DNA of 63,919 bases, counting the filler, from Octopus bimaculoides (taxonomy: Eukaryota): the NCBI RefSeq assembly GCF_001194135.2. It is 7 parts of 7 records of this genome, joined end to end, with 100 filler letters (N's around TTAATTAATTAA, not from the genome) between each part and the next. Parts side by side here need not be neighbours in the genome. Positions count along the whole stretch, not along the records: positions 38,666 to 53,973 come from NC_069009.1; positions 54,074 to 60,702 come from NC_069004.1; positions 60,803 to 62,796 come from NW_026310335.1; positions 62,897 to 63,919 come from NC_068984.1; 3 more parts are not named here. One strand, given 5' to 3'. The notes under the pieces were generated by a model. That model saw only the letters and a list, made by a program, of their open reading frames with translations. It made no database searches and had not been told where the DNA came from. Shown here piece by piece: positions 53,180 through 63,919 of this stretch. The first letter of the stretch is position 1. Each line of letters opens with the position of its first letter. The translations under genes and the position numbers were made by a program.

Positions 53180-53880
53180 TTATGAAAGACTCACGATATT
53201 TCTTAATTACCGTTTATTTTTACTTGAAAGTAGGCAACAATAAATTACCAAAGTTTTCAAGTAGTGCCTTCTCCTGTGACTCAAAGAGACAATACTCTCA
53301 TAAGAAAGCCAGCTGTACACAACAATGCTGTTTTCTACATCGCCTCCAGCCTGACAGCAGATCCAATATTCTTAATATGTTTTCAAAGCACTTGGAAACT
53401 GTTCCTAAGTCCACAATTACCACTGGTATCACCATAAGTTTCCTCATGCACCATAACCATAGTAACTGAGATTTCACCATATTTTCCGTTTCCTTACATT
53501 TCATCCTCGAATCGGCTGGTATTGCAATATCTATTATCTTAACTTCTTTTTCATGTTTATGGATAAGTAAGATATCTGGTCGCCTCGCGTCTATATTTTC
53601 GTCGCACTGCATGTTAAAATCCCAGACTATTTTCAAATGTTCGTTTCCAATACTCCCTCTGATTTGTGTTCATACCATTATTCGGTTCTCTCCACGTTTG
53701 CTTAACCGCACAACAGCCAGCGGACATATCTGTTCACATTGTTGTGTCTCTTTTTATATTTGTGTTGTGCAAGCTTACAACACTCACTCACAATATGGCT
53801 TATACTTTCTCCCTTCTCAGAGTACATCATGCACTGAGGAGAGTCAGTGCTTATATCACTGTGATATTTGAGTGGTTTGT
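53180..53880 (-). mobile_element. RLE-type (R4/NeSL-like) non-LTR 3' end
   Basis: Degenerate CCHC (CMMY...ESISHIVSEC), RHNNV, WDFNMQCD, RRPDI, IDIAIP, VIPVVI motifs, then a (TAA)n tail. Confidence 0.85.
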
Positions 53881-54073
53881 TCTAAAAGCTTTTTCCTTGA
53901 GCGCTACACACTATTATTATTATACTTCAGTAGTTTTATTTTTATAACGTGCTTTCACTTCACTACTGAGTGCNNNNNNNNNNNNNNNNNNNNNNNNNNN
54001 NNNNNNNNNNNNNNNNNTTAATTAATTAANNNNNNNNNNNNNNNNNNNNNNNNNNNNNNNNNNNNNNNNNNNN

Positions 54074-54104
<31 letters not shown>

Positions 54105-54105
<1 letters not shown>

Positions 54106-54482
54106 ACGAGCTTCTTTCAGTTTCCGTCTACCAAATCCACTCACATGGCTTTGGTCAGCCCGAAGCTGTAGTAGAAGACACTTGCACAAGTTGCCAACAC
54201 TAGGACTGAACACGGAAACCTGTGGATGGGAAGTAGACGGGCTTCTTTCAGTTTCCGTCTACCAAATCCTTTCACAAGACTTTGGTCAGCCCGAAGCTGT
54301 AATAGAAAACTTTCCCAAGTTGCCAACAGTAGGACTGAACACGGAAACCTGTGGTTGTGAAATAGAGGGGCTTCTTTCAGTTTCCGTCTACCAAATCCAT
54401 TTACAAGACTTTGGTCAGCCCGAGGCTACAGTAGAAAGAACTTGCCCAAGGTGCCACGTAGTGGGACTGAACCCGGAACCAG
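54105..54482 (-). repeat. Tandem trimer of the SINE family B head (~130-bp period)
   Basis: Units start at 54105, 54236 and 54365. Confidence 0.9.
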
Positions 54483-55439
54483 GACTTTTTAAACATCAAC
54501 TGGCTATGAGGGTCCAGTAAAATAAGGACCCTAATTTAAAAAAAAAAAATGGTAACCAGTGCCCTAGTTACTTGCCATCCAACTGCTATTAAACGGAACA
54601 TGGCTTGTTTCAAAACCGAACATACCAAGCCTGTTAAAAATCAATACGGTTTATTGTTATTGTAGTTTCTTACTGTCCACTCTGCTTAAATGAAACGAAA
54701 CATTGTTCATTCTTAGTAAAGTAGACGTCGTTGTATTTGCTGTTCTAATTACAGTATTCGCAGCCTACTAAATCACTCTAACCGACTGTGTCTGCAATAA
54801 AGTTCAGCTCCCTTTTAAACTGGCCTGATTTGCATGTAAACTGAGATTCTTTGCTTTTGTAGATATTTAGTATTGTTTAATAACGCTGGGTGTTGCTGGG
54901 GCGAAGAGACGTGTCAGAGGAAAGAGCTATGGGTTACTAGGTCAGAGTTTACTGGTCTGAAATACTGAGGTGACGAGGTTAAAGAGTAATTCCGCCCAAA
55001 TGTGACAAGAGCTACGTAATTAAGAAAAAATGGTATATATATATTAAACAGGAATATTATACGATTTCCTCTTCTTGGCAGACTGTATTTTATTTATCTT
55101 TTATTTTTGTTTGAGTGTGTGTGTGTGTGTGTGCGTGCGCGTATGTGTGCACAAAAATGTACACACACATACATGTATACATACACATATATATATAATA
55201 CATCATATATATATATATATATATAGATGTATATACACATACAAAGACACAAGTTTGGCGACACAAACAGAAAAAATAGAACTCAAAGCATGAGTATATA
55301 TGTATGTGCGTGTGTGTGTATATGTATATATATATGTGTGTGTATATGTAATGTACGTATGTATGTATGTATGGTTAGTAGATCATAAATCGAAAGAGAA
55401 GCACAATCTAAGTTATAGAGCAGTAGAGTATTTAGAGAA

Positions 55440-55975
55440 TGTTAGTTATGACCAGTTCAATGGGTTACCCAGGGTTTCGCGTCCATAAAGCGTTAGCTTT
55501 ACAGACGTCTCGTCAGATCCTAATGGTCGGTAGCCTATAACCTTTCTTCAAATTGGAGGGAGAAAAGTCCTCGCGGATAGTTTAGGGACACACAGACAAA
55601 GAAGGTCAAGCAAGAGCAAGGGATTTCTCACTTAAACAACTGTCCGGAATCCACCCAGTGAGCTTGCGGTTCCCGGGATTTCAATAGGAATCGCCCGAAG
55701 TGTAAACAGGGTCCGAAGACATCCCTCCTGGAATTTAAGATGTTCCCTCGGTCGAAGAAGTTTGTTTTTTTTAATAGCCTCGCCCGATCCTCTATACTTG
55801 TTTTGCAACGTTTGCTCCCTTGAGTGTAGAGACCCGGTTTTTCTAGGATCTTCCATGTGATTACATATGGAGTCCCTTCATCCTTCAGGCGCCACACGTG
55901 GCTGGCCAAGGGCGTGGCATAACGCCTTTCCGGGATCCTAAATGAGGATTTGTGGTTGGCTGACCGGTTCGCGGA
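55440..55975 (-). mobile_element. Penelope-like element 3' end (GIY-YIG C-terminus + 3' region with hammerhead)
   Basis: ANHKSSF...LASHVWRLKD...YVITWKIL...KRC...NILNSR...CLHFGRFLL, stop at 55628. Confidence 0.8.
55460..55522 (-). ncRNA. Type I hammerhead ribozyme motif
   Basis: GGAU-CUGACGA-G(A)CGUCUGUAAAGC-UAAC-GCUUUAUGGACGC-GAAA-CCCUGGG-UA^ACCC; 13-bp stem II, palindromic stem III, GUA site; predicted cut between 55466 and 55465; one mismatch in stem I. Confidence 0.8.
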
Positions 55976-56905
55976 GCATCTCCGAGACATCAGACTCGGC
56001 AGTGACACCCCGGTCTCGCACCATTTCCGCTCTATCGGTCATTCACTACAACATCTGTCTGTGTTCGGATTGTCTTTGCACAGGGGCCATCCGGACTCCT
56101 GCCTTCACCATGAACTAGAATTAATCTCTCTTCGCTCATTTGCACCACAAGGGCTCAACTCCCCTCCTCTCTTCATCTGACTCTCCTCCTCTCCTCTTTT
56201 CATCTGACACCTACTTCCTCTCTTCACTCCTACCCACCTTCTCTCTTCATTGATACCTCTCCACATTGATACCTCCCCACATACCTACATATCCAGTCCA
56301 TACCCACGTCCAATCCTCTCACTCCCACACCCTCACACCACACCAGACCACGCCATACACCACTAAACCACCACACCACATCACACCACCCCACACCACA
56401 TCACACCACCCCACACNNNNNNNNNNCCACATCACACCACCCCACACCACTCCACACACACTAGCACTGACCACTTTGCAGCACCCACACCACGCACCAT
56501 CATCTGTACACCTACACACCCACAGACCATCATTCACACACCCACAAATTACAGACGCACACACATCCACACGTCAAAGTCACACTTATAAATTCTCACA
56601 TACACACACACGCACTCACACCTTCGTTTTGGGATCGCCAATACTCTATCTCTCCTTTTTTCTATCTCTCCTTTTTTCTATCTCTCCTTTTTTCTATCTC
56701 TCCTTTTTTTCTATCTCTCCTGTCAGACCTTTTTTCCCAACAAGTTGCCATGCTTGATCGCTAAATCCACAAGTTTTTTTTTTTATTCTCTCTGTTTATT
56801 TTCTCTTATTTCTGTCTGTTGAGCGCCAGACTAACACACCTATTTGTTGTTCATACACCTGTCTTCGTCTTTTGTTTTTCTGTACATTTCAACTATACAT
56901 ATATA
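55955..56905 (+). mobile_element. Second, different Penelope-like 3' end
   Basis: LADRFAEHLRDIR...TPVSHHF...GHSL...PQGLN, stop at 56180; low-complexity 3' region; tail 56755-56900 is similar to 63718-63910. Confidence 0.8.
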
Positions 56906-57638
56906 NNNNNNNNNNNNNNNNNNNNNNNNNNNNNNNNNNNNNNNNNNNNNNNNNNNNNNNNNNNNNNNNNNNNNNNNNNNNNNNNNNNNNNNNNNNNNNN
57001 NNNNNNNNNNNNNNNNNNNNNNNNNNNNNNNNNNNNNNNNNNNNNNNNNNNNNNNNNNNNNNNNNNNNNNNNNNNNNNNNNNNNNNNNNNNNNNNNNNNN
57101 NNNNNNNNNNNNNNNNNNNNNNNNNNNNNNNNNNNNNNNNNNNNNNNNNNNNNNNNNNNNNNNNNNNNNNNNNNNNNNNNNNNNNNNNNNNNNNNNNNNN
57201 NNNNNNNNNNNNNNNNNNNNNNNNNNNNNNNNNNNNNNNNNNNNNNNNNNNNNNNNNNNNNNNNNNNNNNNNNNNNNNNNNNNNNNNNNNNNNNNNNNNN
57301 NNNNNNNNNNNNNNNNNNNNNNNNNNNNNNNNNNNNNNNNNNNNNNNNNNNNNNNNNNNNNNNNNNNNNNNNNNNNNNNNNNNNNNNNNNNNNNNNNNNN
57401 NNNNNNNNNNNNNNNNNNNNNNNNNNNNNNNNNNNNNNNNNNNNNNNNNNNNNNNNNNNNNNNNNNNNNNNNNNNNNNNNNNNNNNNNNNNNNNNNNNNN
57501 NNNNNNNNNNNNNNNNNNNNNNNNNNNNNNNNNNNNNNNNNNNNNNNNNNNNNNNNNNNNNNNNNNNNNNNNNNNNNNNNNNNNNNNNNNNNNNNNNNNN
57601 NNNNNNNNNNNNNNNNNNNNNNNNNNNNNNNNNNNNNN

Positions 57639-57675
<37 letters not shown>

Positions 57676-58591
57676 TATGACGGGCTTCTTTCATTTTCCG
57701 GCTACCAAATCAACTCACAAGGCTTTGGTCTGCTCGAGGCTATAGTAGAAAACACTTGCTGAAGGTGACACGCAGTAAGACTGAACCCTGAACCGTGTGG
57801 TTGGCAAACAAGCATCTTACCACACAACCATGCCTATACACACACACACACACACACACACATACATTCATGTGTCTGTGTGTCTCTGTGTGTCTCTGTG
57901 TGTGTGCGTACGCTTGTGTGTGTGTGCGTGTGTGTATGCACGTGGGAGTAAGTAATGGCTGCAGTCCAGTAAGTGAAACAACTGAAAGGATATAACGACA
58001 ACGACGACGACGGCGAGAAAGAAAGAAAGAAAGAAAGAAAGAAATAAAGAAAGAAAGAAAGAAAGAATAGCATCAACAACATCAACCACAACGATTTCAT
58101 CTATGGTGACGTCAGAGGATACGGAGGCGGCGGCGGCAGCGGCGCCGCCTGACACAATCCGCGCCAACGGTAAGCAAATAACTAATATATTCTCGTCCGA
58201 AGGCGTTGTGTGGCTGATCAATGAGTTTCTGTCATTTCTGGTGCCAAAACATAAAAATGGAAAATTAAGGAGTTTTAAGATATCCGTAATTAGATGTCTG
58301 TCAATAATAATCACGATAATTATGAAGTGTGGCAGAAGAGGGGGTGGGGTGCCTGTGGATGTATACGTATATGTACGTGTGCGGATACATATATATATAT
58401 ATATATATATGTGTATATATACATGAATATGTGTGTGTATATGTGTGCGCATGTATGCATGCATGTAGGTATGTGTGTGTATATAGATAAATGTACTTAC
58501 ATATATGTGTGTGTATGTGTGAGTGTGTGTGTGTTTTTTTATGTATGTATATCTGTGCGTGTTATATAATTATATTATATATCATATGTGC

Positions 58592-58626
<35 letters not shown>

Positions 58627-60498
58627 CATACACACACACACACTCATATGTATATATGTATGTACGTATGAATGTACTGTATGTATCCGGTGATGGCATC
58701 ATAGTCACGAATCTAGTATGTGTGTGTGTGTGTGTGTGTCTTTCGTCGATATATACCAGTAAAAGATAAAAACATCAGCGAGAGATTCGGAAGAAAAACC
58801 AATACTTTACGAATGTAAAATTCTTTGAGATATTTGTTCTATATCCAGTTACCCAGTTACAGATACTCCCTTGTAATTCCCGCCATCAGTAGTGTTGTGA
58901 AACAGAGATTAACAGGTTAGATATCTGTAAGTAACGCTAACTCATGACTTTATTGTTCACTAATTGCGATATAAAATATAGAATAAAATACAAAGATGAA
59001 AAAGTGACGAACGTGAATGAACAGCCAGAAAAAAAAAATGATAAGAGCATTTAGAGTGCATTATTCAAAAGGAGACATTGAAAGATTATATTTACCACAA
59101 ACACACGGAAGTTGAGTAGTTTTACAATTAGGAAACGGTTATCAACTAACTCATTTAGAATTACAAAAATAACTATACGGAAAATTAGCGCAAAATAGCT
59201 CGAAAATGCAAACAGAAATAAAGGTGGGATTTTTTTCCTCTCTCTCTTTTCTCTTTTTCCATTATAATAGCAGGTAAACAGGAATTACAACGGAAAAGAG
59301 GCTAAAGCAATAGTTAATTTATGAGAAGAAATCTGCGATGTAAATAAAATAAAAAATAAAATATAGAATATAAAATGGAACAAATAAATGGTGACGAAAA
59401 AGTAACATGCTGACAAAAACAAAATAGTGGTAAAAAAAGAAAAACACTCAAGCACAGTTAATACTCCCGCAAAATTGAGCAAAATGGATGGAGATCAATA
59501 TAAAACAAAAATATTCAGCGATGGCTTAGAAGTTCCGGGGATGAAAGCTATAACTAAAGAGTTGTTCAATGCTGCTCAAGATCAAAGCTTTTCCCAGCTA
59601 GAAAGTACTAAATAACATGCAATAAAGAAGAACAGAAAAAGAATTTGGTGGAGGGAAAAAGCTAAAAAAATATATTTTAGTAAAAAGTCCTCATCACATC
59701 CCATTCAATGCTGGCCGCCATATTTTTCAACATAACCTCATACACTTCATATACAGAAAATGAGGAAGGTTCTATGTTGCCGTTCGCCTAGTTAGAAATA
59801 TCAGCTGAATATTCTTCAAATCACACCATATTGTTTTTAAAAATTAATAGAACACATTGGATATTGGAGTTCTTCATATACAAAACAAAAATACGAGACG
59901 GTTGTGCTGGAACGCCTTTAATCATACGCCTGCTTCATCAAGTCTGATTTAGAGTTTAAAAACCAACAAGTATAACAGGCATGACTGTGTAGTTAAGAAG
60001 CTCGCTTTGCAATCGCGTAGTTTCTAGTTCAGCCCCACAGTGCGATTCTTTTAGGCGTCTTCTACCATAGCTCCGGACCGACCAATCACTTGTGAGTGGA
60101 TTTGGTGGACGGAAATTGTGGAAGCCCGTCGAACTAAAACTGTTTCCGCTGCTAATATCAAATTTAACCAAACCTGGTGCCTATTTGCAATGCCTATGAT
60201 TTGTTAATCACTGTTTTTCTATATCAGTCGAAGCTGAATTTGTCTAAGCAGCCGCTTGTGGATACTATCTTCTGGTACCGCTCAACGAAGCAGAAATAAA
60301 GATTTTGCACTTCCACCGGCGCTGCACGTTTTTCATCTGCTACTGAGATGCTGTGGCGCTTTTTAGCACTATAAGTCTATTTGAGAAGATACTATTTCGA
60401 GACGAATGCCGCATTTTGTAGCTTTCTGCAGTATATAACTTTACATAAGATATATAGAACGATATACACACACACACACACACGCGTACACACACACG

Positions 60499-60531
<33 letters not shown>

Positions 60532-61038
60532 GGACTGTTGGTGATGTTTTTTCATGGAAACGCCTGCCTGCATATGTTCCTTGACAGTGGAGACATACGC
60601 GGTTTCCTTGTCATTTTTTTGTTCCCAACTTTGACCCTCCATATATAGTAAATTTTATTTTAGAATTTGTGAGAGCAACTGTCTTTGAAGACTCATATTG
60701 TTNNNNNNNNNNNNNNNNNNNNNNNNNNNNNNNNNNNNNNNNNNNNTTAATTAATTAANNNNNNNNNNNNNNNNNNNNNNNNNNNNNNNNNNNNNNNNNN
60801 NNATATATATATATACATATATGTATATATATACAGACATAAATGTATATATGAATTTATATATATATGAGTATATGGATTTATATATATACATATATAC
60901 ATACATACATATACACATATATACATACGTACGTATATACACATATATATATACACATATATATACATACACACATATATATACACATATATATATATAC
61001 ATATTCATATATATACACATATATGTACATATATATGC

Positions 61039-61071
<33 letters not shown>

Positions 61072-61261
61072 CCTATATATACATATATCTACATATATAT
61101 ACATATATATNNNNNNNNNNTACCTATATATACATATATCTACATATATATACATATATATATACATATATATACATACATATATATATACATGCATATA
61201 TATACATTTACATATATATATACTTATATATATATATACATATACATACATATACATATAC

Positions 61262-61295
<34 letters not shown>

Positions 61296-62419
61296 NNNNN
61301 NNNNNNNNNNNNNNNNNNNNNNNNNNNNNNNNNNNNNNNNNNNNNNNNNNNNNNNNNNNNNNNNNNNNNNNNNNNNNNNNNNNNNNNNNNNNNNNNNNNN
61401 NNNNNNNNNNNNNNNNNNNNNNNNNNNNNNNNNNNNNNNNNNNNNNNNNNNNNNNNNNNNNNNNNNNNNNNNNNNNNNNNNNNNNNNNNNNNNNNNNNNN
61501 NNNNNNNNNNNNNNNNNNNNNNNNNNNNNNNNNNNNNNNNNNNNNNNNNNNNNNNNNNNNNNNNNNNNNNNNNNNNNNNNNNNNNNNNNNNNNNNNNNNN
61601 NNNNNNNNNNNNNNNNNNNNNNNNNNNNNNNNNNNNNNNNNNNNNNNNNNNNNNNNNNNNNNNNNNNNNNNNNNNNNNNNNNNNNTTTTCTTCTTGTTCA
61701 CAAGAGATAAGACCTACTTTTGCCTGTCTCTTGTCATAGCTCCTTCCTCCAGCAACCACTACTTCACTTCGTTATAGCTTAACAGCCCTCACCGTTTGTT
61801 TTTACTGTTTTGTCATTACAGTCCTATTTTGTTACTACTTTAACCCTCTGCATATATCTCTAATTTTATTTAATTTGCTTTTCAGGACAGAGTGTTTTAA
61901 CAAAGTCCCTACCTTCGAAACGCAGAGTAGATAAAACAGGGGACAACTGATGAAGGGATTGTTCTCGATGTGTCCTGTCTCGTTTCTCTATTTGTTTCTT
62001 CCGTTGTCGAAAAAAAGATCGTTTTCCATGTTAGTGTTCGTTACTTTTTTGCCGATCAACAAATCTCGAAACCCCTATGTGTAGTGGGGGTGGGCTCATG
62101 GTCATTCCTACAACCCAGTTGGTCAGCTCTTATTTGAAAACAATGACGTGTTTCTGGTTCGTTGATGTAAACGAACAAAATAAAACTAATAAAACAAAAA
62201 AAGAAACAAGTAAAACAAGATAACTAAAGCAACTAAAACTATGGGAAAAGAATCATATAGAACAAAATAAGAAAAGAATATAAACATATAAAACATAGAT
62301 CTATCTATCGAAAGAGTGACTAATACGAGTGATTAATACGGGTGGGTAGTGTTTTTCTTTATAATATATCTATGGTGTATGTTTAAACAGCGAATGTGAC
62401 CGCGTGTGCATCGTTGGCG

Positions 62420-62610
62420 ATTTCCTTTCTCTGTCTTCCCTTCTTTGGACTTTTCCTACATTTCTGATGAAGAGCTCCGCTCGAAACGTGAAATCCTTTC
62501 TTTTCTTTCCTTTCCTGAGCATCCAATAACACTGTATTTATTCCACGTCCTCGCGTTGTTGTGTTTTTTCGTGTTTTTTCGTGTTTTTTCTTGCTTGTTC
62601 ATGTTTGAAT
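62420..62610 (+). repeat. Pyrimidine-rich PLE pLTR-like or retrozyme-like repeat
   Basis: Carries a hammerhead motif and has a T-rich 3' end. Confidence 0.5.
62460..62494 (+). ncRNA. Minimal hammerhead motif with mutated cleavage triplet
   Basis: AUUU-CUGAUGA-A-GAGC-UCC-GCUC-GAAA-CG-UG-AAAU; stems I and II pair; GUG is not a cleavable NUH triplet. Confidence 0.7.
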
Positions 62611-63685
62611 TGACTATAGTAAGATATGAGCTGGATTGGGAATCTTTAGGCTGTCAAAAGACAAAAAGAAGAATTCATAAACAGGGACAAAAATGGACCA
62701 GAATGGACAAGTGTTAATTGTTTACATGGCCGTTGAATATCTACGTGTTGTGCTTACCTGTAGTTATTCAGTGCTAAAACGTATACTAGTAAGATANNNN
62801 NNNNNNNNNNNNNNNNNNNNNNNNNNNNNNNNNNNNNNNNTTAATTAATTAANNNNNNNNNNNNNNNNNNNNNNNNNNNNNNNNNNNNNNNNNNNNATAT
62901 ATATATATATATATATATGAAGAGAGAGAGAGAGAGAAACGGGGAGAAGAGAGAGAGAGAGACGGGGAGAAGAGAGAGAGAGAGAGAATAAGCAGGTAGG
63001 GTTTTTACAGCCGTTTCTAGAATAGCCAAGCATGTGAATCATAATATTCAGTAAGGAATCTATAAGCTAAGTATTCCGTCATTGGAAAGTCAGAAATGCA
63101 TAAGAAAATGAAGAAATATCCCCAGGATATATTTCCAGGGCAGAGTGAAATACTGCGTTAAGAATGCAAATATGTTCATAATTTACTCGGTACATTCTTA
63201 CGCGTCCTTTATTCATGAGTAGATCAATTATGCAAAGACACGCCCTACAATATGATTGCACCAACAAATCACAAGAGTTTGCATAATAAATGAATTGTTA
63301 GTTGGTACTAGTCCAACAGTTACACTGTTTCCGGAGAATCGAGTTTCTGTCCCGATTCAGGTCAGAAAATTTATTTGAACAAGATGTACAGTTTATAGGG
63401 AGAACTTTTCTTACCTTAAAATTGTATTTATATTTATGATATCAGGTGGCAAGGTTAATGACTAAGACATAGAAACCTAGCACAATTTTTTTTTTCTAAT
63501 GTTATTACACGAACAATCTTGATACACCTGTTCACATACATGCAAACCGATATATAGAGTCCGATACATACTTAAATTGATACATAGACAAACACATACG
63601 CATTTATATGCATATATATGCACACATGCATATAGATAAATCTATGTATACGCACACTGCACACATATACTTATACATGTCCTCA

Positions 63686-63717
<32 letters not shown>

Positions 63718-63718
<1 letters not shown>

Positions 63719-63910
63719 AGATCGCTGACCACTACATTTATATTTTCTTCTCCTTGTTTTTCTCCTTATTTCTTTGTGTTCCTTTCAGTTGAAGAGTGTA
63801 GCTCGAAACGTCAAAGACTTTCTCTATTCCCGAGCGTTAAACTAATACATCCATTTGTTGTTTACACCACCTGTCTTCGTCTGTTGTTTTTTTCGTAAAT
63901 TCTCCCATAT
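63718..63910 (+). repeat. PLE pLTR-like repeat
   Basis: Shares GAGCG...ACTAA(C/T)ACA...TTTGTTGTT...ACACCTGTCTTCGTC with 56820-56870, downstream of the plus-strand PLE ORF; ends in (TA)n. Confidence 0.6.
63782..63816 (+). ncRNA. Hammerhead-like fold with non-canonical core
   Basis: CUUU-CAGUUGA-A-GAGU-GUA-GCUC-GAAA-CG-UC^AAAG; geometry matches 62460-62494 position for position. Confidence 0.6.
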
Positions 63911-63919
63911 ATATATATA

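Noticed and set aside
59427-59615. 62-aa ORF followed by AATAAA as a terminal exon
   Set aside because: In-frame stop just upstream, no nearby good acceptor and no recognisable domain.
60225-60642. Short minus-strand ORFs (TYSAKKRHSIS..., MEGQSWEQ...)
   Set aside because: No domain match and no consistent exon chain.

Overview
AT-rich, microsatellite-saturated, gappy eukaryotic DNA. The repeat content resembles an octopus/coleoid cephalopod draft assembly (inference from remembered repeat types, not a database result). Six N-TTAATTAATTAA-N spacers split the window into seven blocks whose true adjacency is uncertain. Most ORFs in the supplied track are microsatellite or N-gap artefacts. Main real content: (1) a 7-exon minus-strand gene (CDS 28847 to 16612, 288 aa) with a signal peptide, two 6-Cys group A SRCR domains and a hydrophobic C-terminus, reconstructed from splice sites and intron phases; (2) a ~11 kb inverted duplication (arms ~38.8-43.7 kb and ~44.5-49.8 kb), each arm carrying a splice-competent 72-nt LRR exon plus Gypsy and L1/Tx1 remnants; (3) two different Penelope-like GIY-YIG 3' ends fused back to back; (4) several minimal hammerhead ribozyme motifs, one keeping all helices but with a non-canonical core (CAGUUGA); (5) many tRNA-derived SINEs of three families, MITEs (hAT, mariner, TA-flanked, foldback-like) and LINE fragments (L1/Tx1, RLE/R4-like, RTE, one old degraded element). 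Repeat boundaries are approximate; exon, TSD and ribozyme coordinates were counted to the base by hand.
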